Source: Clostridia bacterium (GTDB taxonomy: Bacteria; Bacillota; Clostridia; Oscillospirales; CAG-382). From it: a DNA stretch of 64,000 bases. Below the pieces are notes generated by a model. The model was given only the letters and a program-made list of their open reading frames with translations, was not told the origin of the DNA and made no database searches. A program made the position numbers and the translations under genes. The stretch lies in NCBI GenBank assembly GCA_017561145.1, contig JAFZDO010000008.1, positions 489-64,488 of the forward strand, written 5' to 3'. Below are positions 1 to 7,643 of this stretch, piece by piece (positions within the stretch are counted from its first letter, which is position 1; each line of letters begins with the position of its first letter).

Positions 1-148
1 TTGCGTTTGAGTTGTTGGCAGAAGCACTTTCATTGGTGCCTGTATTACTTTCGTTGACGTTAGAGGAAGGGTCCTCGCAAGCCGCAAAAACCGAGAACAT
101 CAATACTGCACAAAGCAATAAAGCGATCGTGCGTACGAAATTTTTCAT
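1..148 (-). CDS. N-terminal fragment (gene runs off the window) of a second solute-binding lipoprotein, paralog of 349..1905
   Basis: Minus-strand ATG at 148. It encodes MKNFVRTIALLLCAVLMFSVFAACEDPSSN..., nearly identical to the N-terminus of the next gene (signal peptide plus lipobox Cys). GAGG sits 8 nt upstream. Confidence 0.7.
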   Translation of the reverse strand, partial: MKNFVRTIALLLCAVLMFSVFAACEDPSSNVNESNTGTNESASANNSNA

Positions 149-183
149 GAATGGAACCTCGCTTTTTTTAATTTTGATGTATC

Positions 184-212
184 ATTATACACAAATGATT
201 CACAATTGTCAA
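184..212 (-). promoter_or_regulatory. sigma-A type promoter, TTGACA-17-TATAAT, for the partial lipoprotein gene
   Basis: The minus strand reads TTGACAattgtgaatcatttgtgTATAAT. Both hexamers are perfect consensus with a 17-nt spacer. Confidence 0.7.
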
Positions 213-303
213 CGGATACTTTTGCAAAATATCAAATTAATAAAATAAAAAGTGCTTAAATTTTTCCTGCCGTAAAATATGTCGTGTTGGGTTGGCTTTG
301 CAA

Positions 304-333
304 CAAAAAAAGAGGACGATCGATTCGTCCTCT
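304..333 (-). terminator. Intrinsic terminator after the solute-binding protein gene
   Basis: Stem AGAGGACGA/TCGTCCTCT with a short loop. On the minus strand a T7 run follows the stem. Confidence 0.7.
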
Positions 334-348
334 TTGCTTTGCATTAAA

Positions 349-1905
349 TTAGTTAGAGCTGTTTTTGAACTGTTCAACGGTTGCTTCGATCTCAAGGATG
401 GTCTGCTCGTCGATAGCGTCGTATGCGGAAACGAAGGTGCCCAACGCGCCGGTACGGAGGTCTGCGATGGTCTGCATCATCTTACCCCAACGGTACATTT
501 CCGAAAGGTCGGGAACGCGGGTGTTGTTGATGAGGTCGAGCATTTTCATAGATTCGTCATCGCGGGAGATCTGATACTGGAGAGTCTGTTCGAAGTAGGT
601 GGTGGTGAGCTTGCTGCGCGAAACTGCTGCGAGAGCTTCAAGCAAGTGAACGGTAAGCTCAAGGTCTTCATCGCGAACAAAGGTGGGGACGGCAATACAG
701 TTGGAGGTCCAAGCACCAACGTTGTTGGTGTAGTTGTCCTGAGTGTCATCAAACATCGGGCAGGGAAGAACACCGAAGTCGTCTTCCATTGTACGAACGG
801 TATCCAATGCGCTGAGTGCATTGAAGAGGAACAAGCATCTGCCGTCGATAAAGGTCTGAACTGCGGGGCTGCTGCCTTCGGTCTTCCAGTCGTCTGCGAT
901 GATCATACCGCCTGCGGGATCCTGAGCAAATTCCTGAGCCTTGTTGATAAGCGAGATAGCTCGTTCGTTCTTAACGGTAAGCGAGGGATATCCTTCTTCG
1001 TTAAGGGTACAAACGTTTACACCGCCGGAACGGAGGAGCCAGTAAATAACGTTGTGCTGTGCGGAGATACCGCAGGTATCCTCGGGGTCGATCATAAAGT
1101 TTTCGTTGGTATCTGCATAGATCTTCCTGGACATTTCAAACATAACGTCCTGAGTCCAAGCCTTTTTGTCAACCATTTCATAAAGAGATTCGTAGCCGTA
1201 GCCCTTTGCGAGCTCGTATTTCTTTTCGATTTCCTTATTGAAAATAACGCACATGGTGGAAGCAACGCTAACGGTGGTGATATCGCTGGCAGCAAAGTAG
1301 GTCTTGCCTGCGATAGTAACCGAATCGTTAAATTCCTTGGACCACCAGGGGTTTTCAAGGTTTACGAGCTTGTTGAGGTCGTAAAGAAGACCGTCGGAAG
1401 CGAGCATAGCAGCTTCGGTAAGTGCGGGCATGATGAACGTGTAGGTTGCGGTATCGCTCATAGCGTCGTTGACAACGCGCTTGTAGAAGGGGCCGCCGTA
1501 ACGCGAACCGGTAGTAATGCCTTCTTCTTCGATGGTGATGTCAAGAAGCTCTTCGACCAAGCGTGTGCATTCAGCAGCAGCGGTGTCAACTACGCTCATA
1601 TTTTCGGGGTCAAACGTAGGATTGCTTTCCGACTGGACCTGATATGCAGCCAAGGTAAGAACGCTGACTGTCTGTCCGCCGTAGCCGGTGAAGTCTTCGG
1701 GGATACCGGTGTAGCCGTAGAAGCCCTTGGTATCGTCAAACTTGCTTTCGTCGGAGCTTGCGTTTGAGTTGTTGGCAGAAGCACTTTCATTGGTGCCTGC
1801 ATTGCTTTCGTTGGCGTTAGAGGAAGGATCCTCGCAAGCCGCAAAAACCGAGAACATTAATACTGCACAAAGCAATAAAGCGATTGTGCGTACGAAATTT
1901 TTCAT
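349..1905 (-). CDS. Large extracellular solute-binding lipoprotein (ABC-transporter substrate-binding family, sugar/oligosaccharide type)
   Basis: The 547-aa ORF is trimmed to the internal ATG at 1905 (MKNFVRTIALLLCAVLMFSVFAAC, signal peptide plus lipobox). A low-complexity N/S/E linker is followed by a ~470-aa alpha/beta body typical of family-1 SBPs. No permease or ATPase gene lies adjacent in the window. Confidence 0.65.
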   Translation of the reverse strand: MKNFVRTIALLLCAVLMFSVFAACEDPSSNANESNAGTNESASANNSNASSDESKFDDTKGFYGYTGIPEDFTGYGGQTVSVLTLAAYQVQSESNPTFDPENMSVVDTAAAECTRLVEELLDITIEEEGITTGSRYGGPFYKRVVNDAMSDTATYTFIMPALTEAAMLASDGLLYDLNKLVNLENPWWSKEFNDSVTIAGKTYFAASDITTVSVASTMCVIFNKEIEKKYELAKGYGYESLYEMVDKKAWTQDVMFEMSRKIYADTNENFMIDPEDTCGISAQHNVIYWLLRSGGVNVCTLNEEGYPSLTVKNERAISLINKAQEFAQDPAGGMIIADDWKTEGSSPAVQTFIDGRCLFLFNALSALDTVRTMEDDFGVLPCPMFDDTQDNYTNNVGAWTSNCIAVPTFVRDEDLELTVHLLEALAAVSRSKLTTTYFEQTLQYQISRDDESMKMLDLINNTRVPDLSEMYRWGKMMQTIADLRTGALGTFVSAYDAIDEQTILEIEATVEQFKNSSN

Positions 1906-1968
1906 AAATGGAACCTCGCTTTTTTTATTTTGATGTATCATTATACACAAATAATTCACAATTGTCAA
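1758..1968. repeat. Copy 2 of the ~211-nt direct repeat
   Basis: See 1..212. Confidence 0.9.
1940..1968 (-). promoter_or_regulatory. sigma-A type promoter, TTGACA-17-TATAAT
   Basis: The minus strand reads TTGACAattgtgaattatttgtgTATAAT, about 35 nt upstream of the ATG at 1905. Confidence 0.7.
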
Positions 1969-2049
1969 TAGCTTGCTTGAATCAAACGTCAATCAAGGTA
2001 ACGTGATAAATAAAAAGTATATTTTATTGTAAAATAGCGGTCAAAACGA

Positions 2050-2078
2050 TTGACAATTGATAATTTCGGTGCTAAAAT
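2050..2078 (+). promoter_or_regulatory. sigma-A type promoter for dapA-dapB
   Basis: TTGACA (2050..2055), a 17-nt spacer, then TAAAAT (2073..2078). It lies 40 nt upstream of the dapA ATG. Confidence 0.6.
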
Positions 2079-2118
2079 ACAATGAATATATTTTTTTATA
2101 TCCGCGGAGGAAACTTTT

Positions 2119-3012
2119 ATGTCTGTCACTAAGCCAATATTCAAAGGAACTGCTACTGCACTTATCACCCCGTTCAAGGACGGCGCGGTAGATTATGCTG
2201 CACTTGAAAATATACTCGAATTTCAGATCAACGGCGGTATCGACGCTCTCGTTATCTGCGGCACCACCGGCGAACCCGCAACGTTGGATGACGATGAACA
2301 CAAGCGCGTTCTTGAATTTGCGATCGAAAAGGTAAACAAGCGCGTTCCCGTTATTGCCGGCACCGGCTCGAATAACACCCAATACGCCATCGACCTTTCC
2401 CGTTTCGCAGAGCGCGCAGGTGCAGACGGCTTGTTGCTCGTTACCCCTTATTACAACAAATGCTCGCAAAAGGGTATCGTAAGCCACTTCAACACCGTTG
2501 CCGATTCGGTCAACATCCCCTGTATCGTTTATAACGTACCCGGCAGAACCGGATTCTGCATTTCGGTCGATTCCTATAAGCAGCTCGCAAAGCACGAAAA
2601 TATCGTTGCAACCAAGGAAGCAAGCGGCAACCTTCTTCTTATGATGGAGGTTCTCGAGGCTTGCGGTGACGATCTTAATATGTACAGCGGCGACGACCAG
2701 CAGATCGTTCCCCTTATGTCGATGGGCGCTATCGGCGTTATCTCGGTATTCTCCAACATTATGCCTGCCGAGGCTCACCGCATCTCCAAGCTCTGTCTCG
2801 AGGGCGATTTCAAGACTGCGGCATCGCTTCAGCTTAAATATCTCCGTCTTATGAACGGCTTGTTTATGCAGGTCAACCCCATCCCCGTAAAGACTGCGGT
2901 TGCAAAGATGGGATTCTGCAACAACGAATTCCGTATGCCCCTTTGCCCGATGGATGCATCCGACGATGAAAAGCTCTTCGCACTTATGCGTGAGCAGGGT
3001 CTTATCAAGTAA
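2119..3012 (+). CDS. dapA: 4-hydroxy-tetrahydrodipicolinate synthase
   Basis: 297 aa. DapA motifs are present: GTTGE, YNVPGRTG, and the active-site Lys context ATKEASG. GGAGG RBS. Confidence 0.95.
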   Translation: MSVTKPIFKGTATALITPFKDGAVDYAALENILEFQINGGIDALVICGTTGEPATLDDDEHKRVLEFAIEKVNKRVPVIAGTGSNNTQYAIDLSRFAERAGADGLLLVTPYYNKCSQKGIVSHFNTVADSVNIPCIVYNVPGRTGFCISVDSYKQLAKHENIVATKEASGNLLLMMEVLEACGDDLNMYSGDDQQIVPLMSMGAIGVISVFSNIMPAEAHRISKLCLEGDFKTAASLQLKYLRLMNGLFMQVNPIPVKTAVAKMGFCNNEFRMPLCPMDASDDEKLFALMREQGLIK

Positions 3013-3033
3013 TATATTATAAGGAAACCGATT

Positions 3034-3807
3034 ATGAAGATCATACTTAACGGCGCCTGCGGCAGAATGGGCAAGGAAATAATTGCCTCTGCAAAGAAAA
3101 ACGGTGTGGAGATCGTATCCGCCGTCGATAAATTCGGCACCCCCGATTTCAACGATATCCCGTTTTATACCTCTCTTTCGGAGGTAAAGGAATCTGCCGA
3201 CGCTCTTATTGATTTCACAAACCATACCGCTCTGCCCGAGATCTGCGAATTTGTCCGCAAGAGCGGCATCCCCTGCGTTATCGCCTCGACCGGTCATACC
3301 GAAAGCGAGCGTGCGATGATGAACGAGCTTGCGAATGATTTTGCGGTCTTCTTCTCGCGCAATATGTCGCTCGGTATCAATCTGCTTACCGATCTTTGCA
3401 GAAGCGCCTATACCGCCTTCGGCGGCGATTGCGACGTTGAGATCATCGAAAAGCACCACCGCAACAAGCTCGACGCTCCCAGCGGCACCGCGCTTATGAT
3501 CGCAGAGGGAATAAAGGAGCTTATGCCCGAGGATACCGAATTTGTCACAGACAGATCCTCGCGCCGTTGCGTACGCCCCCAAAACGAGATCGGCATATCC
3601 TCGATCCGTTGCGGCGGCATTTTCGGCGAGCACGAGGTCATATTAAGCCGAAACGGCGAAACGTTAAGCATCAAGCACGTAGCCGAAAACCGCGCCTTGT
3701 TTGCAGACGGCGCACTTAAAGCGGCTGAATATATCGCAAAAAAACAAAAGGGACTCTATTCGATGAAGGATCTTCTTTCGGAATCGGCTTCTGCTCCCAC
3801 AAAATAA
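3034..3807 (+). CDS. dapB: 4-hydroxy-tetrahydrodipicolinate reductase
   Basis: 257 aa. It has an N-terminal GACGRMG dinucleotide fold and the EKHHRNKLDAPSGTAL signature of DapB. Confidence 0.95.
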   Translation: MKIILNGACGRMGKEIIASAKKNGVEIVSAVDKFGTPDFNDIPFYTSLSEVKESADALIDFTNHTALPEICEFVRKSGIPCVIASTGHTESERAMMNELANDFAVFFSRNMSLGINLLTDLCRSAYTAFGGDCDVEIIEKHHRNKLDAPSGTALMIAEGIKELMPEDTEFVTDRSSRRCVRPQNEIGISSIRCGGIFGEHEVILSRNGETLSIKHVAENRALFADGALKAAEYIAKKQKGLYSMKDLLSESASAPTK

Positions 3808-3914
3808 AAATGCAACTTTACATTTCATAAATTGCAAAAATATCACCAAAAACGCGTTCGGGCGTGAATAAAATGCAAGAAAAATGCAACAAGATTTAAA
3901 AATGTTGCATTTTT
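3806..3914. promoter_or_regulatory. Array of AAAAATGCAAC motifs (candidate operator cluster) directly upstream of the -35 of the citrate synthase promoter
   Basis: The exact 11-mer AAAAATGCAAC occurs at 3806..3816 and 3880..3890. Its exact reverse complement GTTGCATTTTT occurs at 3904..3914. Degenerate copies lie at about 3870..3879 and 3831..3840. Confidence 0.5.
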
Positions 3915-3916
3915 TA

Positions 3917-3945
3917 TTGACAATGTGCATTTTGATTGGTATAAT
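3917..3945 (+). promoter_or_regulatory. sigma-A type promoter, TTGACA-17-TATAAT, for the citrate synthase/aconitase operon
   Basis: TTGACAatgtgcattttgattggTATAAT. It lies 28 nt upstream of the ATG at 3974 and includes an extended TG. Confidence 0.7.
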
Positions 3946-3973
3946 TGCAGGAAATGGAAGGACGGATACTGTT

Positions 3974-5332
3974 ATGAATAATAAATTGAATATCGAAACG
4001 CTTGCAAAGGATCTGACCGAAAACAGCGCTTTCGATGAACAACTGCATATAAAATACGGCGTAAAGCGCGGACTTCGTAATCCCGACGGCACGGGTGTGC
4101 TTGCGGGCATCACGAAGGTAAGTAACGTACACGGCTACGTTATAAACGAATACGAGCGAGTCCCCTGCGAGGGCGAGCTCTTTTACCGCGGTATAAACAT
4201 TAACGATATCGTTGAAGCTACCGACCGCAACGACCGTTTCGGTTACGACGAGGCATCCTGGCTTCTTCTTTTCGGCTCGCTTCCCACCAAAAACGAGCTC
4301 GATTTTTACGATACGGTAATGGATGAATACAGCGATCCGCCCATGTCCTTTATCGAGGATATGATCATGCGCGCGCCCAGCCCCGATATTATGAACAAGC
4401 TGGCAAGAAGCGTTCTCGCGCTTTACAGCTATGACGATAACCCCGACGATAATTCGGTCGATAACGTGCTTCGTCAATCGCTTATGATAATCGCGCGTAT
4501 GCCTATGATAATGACCGCGGCATATCAGGTCAAAAAGCGCTATTACGATAACGAAAGCTTCTTTCTCCACTCTCCGATCCCCGGACAGAGTATGGCGGAA
4601 AACATCCTTTCGATGCTCCGCTTCGACCGTCAGTTTACCCGTGAAGAGGCTAAATTGGTCGATAAGTGCTTGATCCTCCACGCAGAGCACGGCGTCGGTA
4701 ACAACTCGACCTTTGCAGTCCGTGCGCTTACCTCCTCGGGTACGGATACCTTCTCGGCTATCGCCGCAGGTATCGGCGCACTCAAGGGCCCCCGTCACGG
4801 CGGCGCTAATATAAAGGTAGTTAAAATGCTCGACGATATCAAGGCGAACGTCGGCGATTATAAGGACGAAGAGGAAATTGCGGCTTACCTCAAAAAGCTT
4901 CTTAATAAGGAAGCAGGCGACAGAAGCGGACTTATCTACGGTATGGGACATGCGGTCTATACGTTGAGCGACCCCCGTGCAACCATTCTTCGCAAGGCCG
5001 CGGAGGAGCATTGCGATATGTTCGGCATGCGTGAGGATTTCGACATTTTACATACCGTCGAAAAATTAGCGCCCGAGCTTTTACAGAACAAAATGCATTA
5101 CGGCAACGCTATCTGTGCAAACGTCGACCTTTATTCGGGACTTGTTTACAGAATGCTCGGCATCCCTCAGGAGCTGTTCACACCGCTGTTTGCGATCGCG
5201 CGTCTTTCGGGTTGGTGCGCTCACCGTCTTGAGGAGCTTATCACCTGCCGCCGCATAATGCGTCCCGCATACCGTACCTTCCACGGAAAATTGCCTTATA
5301 TCGAACTTGAAGACAGAAAGGATAATTTCTAA
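3974..5332 (+). CDS. gltA: Citrate synthase (Si-type, GltA/CitZ family)
   Basis: The ORF is trimmed to the ATG at 3974, which has a GGAAGGA RBS; the upstream 30 codons lie over the promoter. Motifs: GPRHGGAN, HAEHG, GMGHAVY. Confidence 0.9.
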   Translation: MNNKLNIETLAKDLTENSAFDEQLHIKYGVKRGLRNPDGTGVLAGITKVSNVHGYVINEYERVPCEGELFYRGININDIVEATDRNDRFGYDEASWLLLFGSLPTKNELDFYDTVMDEYSDPPMSFIEDMIMRAPSPDIMNKLARSVLALYSYDDNPDDNSVDNVLRQSLMIIARMPMIMTAAYQVKKRYYDNESFFLHSPIPGQSMAENILSMLRFDRQFTREEAKLVDKCLILHAEHGVGNNSTFAVRALTSSGTDTFSAIAAGIGALKGPRHGGANIKVVKMLDDIKANVGDYKDEEEIAAYLKKLLNKEAGDRSGLIYGMGHAVYTLSDPRATILRKAAEEHCDMFGMREDFDILHTVEKLAPELLQNKMHYGNAICANVDLYSGLVYRMLGIPQELFTPLFAIARLSGWCAHRLEELITCRRIMRPAYRTFHGKLPYIELEDRKDNF

Positions 5333-7254
5333 TGTCCGGACTTACTATAGCACAAAAAATAATCAAGGCTCACCTTGTAGAGGGCGAAATGGTCAAGGGC
5401 TCGCCTATTGGCTTGAGGATCGACCAAACGCTTACTCAGGATGCAACGGGTACCATGGCTTATCTCGAATTCGAGGCTATGGGTATTCCCCGTGTAAAAA
5501 CCGAGCTTTCGGTTGCATATATCGACCATAACACGTTGCAAAACGGCTTTATGAACGCCGACGACCATTTATACATCCGCACCTGCGCGAAAAAGTACGG
5601 TCTTTATTTCTCGCGCCCCGGTAACGGCATCTGCCATCAGGTACACCTCGAACGCTTCGGCGTTCCCGGTAAAACTCTTATCGGCTCGGACAGCCACACC
5701 CCCACGGGCGGCGGCTTGGGTATGCTCGCATTCGGCGCAGGCGGTCTTGATGTAGCCGTTGCAATGGGCGGCGGTGCTTACCATATCACCATGCCCGAAA
5801 TGGTTCGCGTTAATCTTACCGGCAAATTGAACGATTGGGTTTCCGCAAAGGATGTAATTCTCGAGGTCCTTCGCCGTCTTAGCGTAAAGGGCGGTGTCGG
5901 CAGAATTATCGAATACGGCGGAGAGGGCGTTAAGACTCTCACCGTTCCCGAACGCGGAACCATTACCAATATGGGTGCCGAGCTTGGCGCAAGCACCTCG
6001 GTATTTCCCTCCGATGAAAATACCCGTCTTTTCCTTGCGGCGCAGGGAAGAGAGGATCAATACGTTGAATTGAAGGCGGATGACGATGCGGTTTACGATC
6101 TCGTTATCGATATCGATCTTTCAACGCTCGTTCCCGCGGCGGCTTGTCCTCACAGCCCCGATAACGTAAAAGCTATATCTGAGATCGGTGCTATCAAGGT
6201 CGATCAGGTATGTATCGGCTCCTGCACCAACTCGTCCTACGTCGATCTTATGAAGGTCGCACATATTTTAAAGGGCAAGACGGTTCACGATAACGTAAGC
6301 CTTTCCATCGCTCCCGGCAGTAAGCAGGTTTATAATATGCTCGCCGAAAGCGGTGCTCTTTCCTGGATGATCGACGCAGGCGCAAGAATTCTCGAATCTG
6401 CGTGCGGCCCCTGCATCGGTATGGGACAATCGCCCCAATCGGCAGGCGTTTCTCTGCGTACCTTCAACCGCAACTTCTTGGGAAGAAGCGGCACCAAGGA
6501 CGCTCAGGTTTATCTCGTAAGCCCCGAAACAGCGGCAATCTCCGCGCTTACCGGTGTGCTTACCGACCCGAGAACCATCGGCGCAATGCCCGAAATTTCG
6601 ATGCCCGTTAAATTTATGATAAATGATAATATGGTCATCAAGCCCGCAAGCGTCGAGGATGCGGCAGATGTAGAGGTCGTTCGCGGCCCCAACATCAAGC
6701 CCTTCCCCGAAAGCAGACCCGTTTCGGATAATATCGATTGCGAATGCATTCTCAAGGTCGGCGATAATATCACCACCGACCACATTATGCCTGCAGGCGC
6801 AAAGATCTTGCCCTACCGTTCCAACATTCCTTATCTTTCCAACTTCTGCTTTGAGGTGTGCGACGAGGAATTCCCCTCCCGTGCAAAGGAAAAGAACGGC
6901 GGTATCATCATCGGCGGCGAAAACTACGGTCAGGGCAGCTCGCGTGAGCACGCGGCGCTCGTTCCGCTTTATCTCGGCGTAAAGGCTGTTATCGCAAAGA
7001 GCTTTGCGAGAATACATGCGGCAAACCTCGTAAACGCGGGTATCCTTCCGCTTACCTTCGCAAATGCAGAAGATTACGATTCTATCTCGCTCGGCGATAA
7101 GCTCAAGCTTTCCGATTTGAGAAATTGCATTAAAGAGGGCAGAGAAATCACCCTTAACGCAAACGGCAAGGATATCAAGCTCGTTTCCTCGCTTTCCGAC
7201 CGCGACAGAGATATAATCCTCGCAGGCGGACTGTTGGAGTTTACTAAACTTTAA
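5332..7254 (+). CDS. acnA: Aconitate hydratase, short ~640-aa (Aquifex-type) form
   Basis: The start overlaps the citrate synthase stop (TAATG). Fe-S ligand motifs are present: GSDSHT, GSCTNSS, CGPCIGMGQ. Confidence 0.9.
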   Translation: MSGLTIAQKIIKAHLVEGEMVKGSPIGLRIDQTLTQDATGTMAYLEFEAMGIPRVKTELSVAYIDHNTLQNGFMNADDHLYIRTCAKKYGLYFSRPGNGICHQVHLERFGVPGKTLIGSDSHTPTGGGLGMLAFGAGGLDVAVAMGGGAYHITMPEMVRVNLTGKLNDWVSAKDVILEVLRRLSVKGGVGRIIEYGGEGVKTLTVPERGTITNMGAELGASTSVFPSDENTRLFLAAQGREDQYVELKADDDAVYDLVIDIDLSTLVPAAACPHSPDNVKAISEIGAIKVDQVCIGSCTNSSYVDLMKVAHILKGKTVHDNVSLSIAPGSKQVYNMLAESGALSWMIDAGARILESACGPCIGMGQSPQSAGVSLRTFNRNFLGRSGTKDAQVYLVSPETAAISALTGVLTDPRTIGAMPEISMPVKFMINDNMVIKPASVEDAADVEVVRGPNIKPFPESRPVSDNIDCECILKVGDNITTDHIMPAGAKILPYRSNIPYLSNFCFEVCDEEFPSRAKEKNGGIIIGGENYGQGSSREHAALVPLYLGVKAVIAKSFARIHAANLVNAGILPLTFANAEDYDSISLGDKLKLSDLRNCIKEGREITLNANGKDIKLVSSLSDRDRDIILAGGLLEFTKL

Positions 7255-7265
7255 AGCTTCGCTTT

Positions 7266-7299
7266 CCCCCAAAAATCTAAAGATTTTTTAGGGACCCCA
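7266..7299 (+). repeat. Member of the CCCCAAAAA..TTTTnGGGACCCCA hairpin repeat family
   Basis: CCCCCAAAAATCTAAAGATTTTTTAGGGACCCCA. The architecture and 3' tag match the two units at 21826..21900. Confidence 0.6.
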
Positions 7300-7319
7300 T
7301 GCCCGCGCGGCGGGGTTTT
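7295..7319 (+). terminator. Probable intrinsic terminator of the citrate synthase/aconitase transcript
   Basis: GC-rich stem CCCC..GCC / GGCGGGG followed by TTTT. Confidence 0.5.
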
Positions 7320-7389
7320 GTGAGTGCCGTACATTCGCATCGTGTTTGTGCGCGCTTCGCTTGTCCAAACACGCGGCACTCCAAGGTAT

Positions 7390-7418
7390 AAAAATCCACG
7401 CACATGTCGCGGATTTTT
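7390..7418. terminator. Second, bidirectional-looking terminator hairpin in the acn-icd spacer
   Basis: AAAAATCCACG cacatgt CGCGGATTTTT. One mismatch in the stem, with an A-run 5' and a T-run 3'. Confidence 0.45.
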
Positions 7419-7566
7419 ATGGGATTTAATTATAAAAATGCTTTGCATTTTGAATTGACGTTTAAATTGCACACCGTAGGGGCGATTCACTTTCTCGCCC
7501 GTCGGTAACAAATACGGGAAACATAGCGTCAATGCACACAAAATAATTAATATTTAAAGCTTTTTG

Positions 7567-7614
7567 GAGATTCTTAAGAACCTTTTTTCAAAAAGGGTCT
7601 TAAGTAAAAATCTC
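7567..7614 (+). promoter_or_regulatory. Long near-perfect hairpin immediately upstream of the icd RBS
   Basis: GAGATT-CTTAAGAACCTTTTT..AAAAAGGGTCTTAAG-taaa-AATCTC, roughly 20 paired positions. It ends 20 nt before the AAAGGAG RBS. Confidence 0.5.
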
Positions 7615-7643
7615 TCTAAAATCTACCAAAAAGGAGAATAAAA

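Larger units (their letters stand above)
1..212. repeat. Copy 1 of a ~211-nt direct repeat (promoter, 5'UTR and signal-peptide region)
   Basis: Aligns with 1758..1968. My hand alignment gives 8 substitutions and one 1-nt indel. Confidence 0.9.

Noticed and set aside
292-1767. 491-aa ORF on the plus strand
   Set aside because: It is entirely antisense to the well-supported solute-binding lipoprotein gene. It has no RBS and a low-complexity Gly/Val/Ala-rich translation typical of shadow ORFs.
1993-2118. Looked for a lysine riboswitch (L-box) upstream of dapA
   Set aside because: Only about 40 nt separate the predicted -10 from the ATG. That is far too short for the ~180-nt L-box, and no conserved L-box helices are visible.
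2041-3633. 530-aa minus-strand ORF spanning dapA and dapB
   Set aside because: It runs antisense across two unambiguous biosynthetic genes and their intergenic gap, with no RBS. Long antisense frames recur throughout this window: 3914..5011, 6268..7272, 7623..8591, 13923..15023, 17562..18569, 40762..41772, 45833..46711, 57018..57539 and 61111..62463. They are explained by the scarcity of sense codons whose complements are stop codons (TTA, CTA, TCA), not by real genes.
3884-3973. N-terminal extensions offered by the ORF track (also 18382..18492, 22011..22031, 31969..32037, 38365..38412, 42303..42368, 44802..44870, 1906..1992)
   Set aside because: In each case the extension overlaps a promoter or the preceding gene. 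An internal start with a good GGAGG-type RBS yields the canonical family N-terminus.
7251-7541. 96-aa minus-strand ORF in the acn-icd spacer
   Set aside because: It lies over stacked hairpins and terminator-like elements and has no RBS. Its translation (..NRPYGVQ.., ..PPRGHGVP..) looks like read-through of repeat DNA. I treat the region as noncoding structured sequence.
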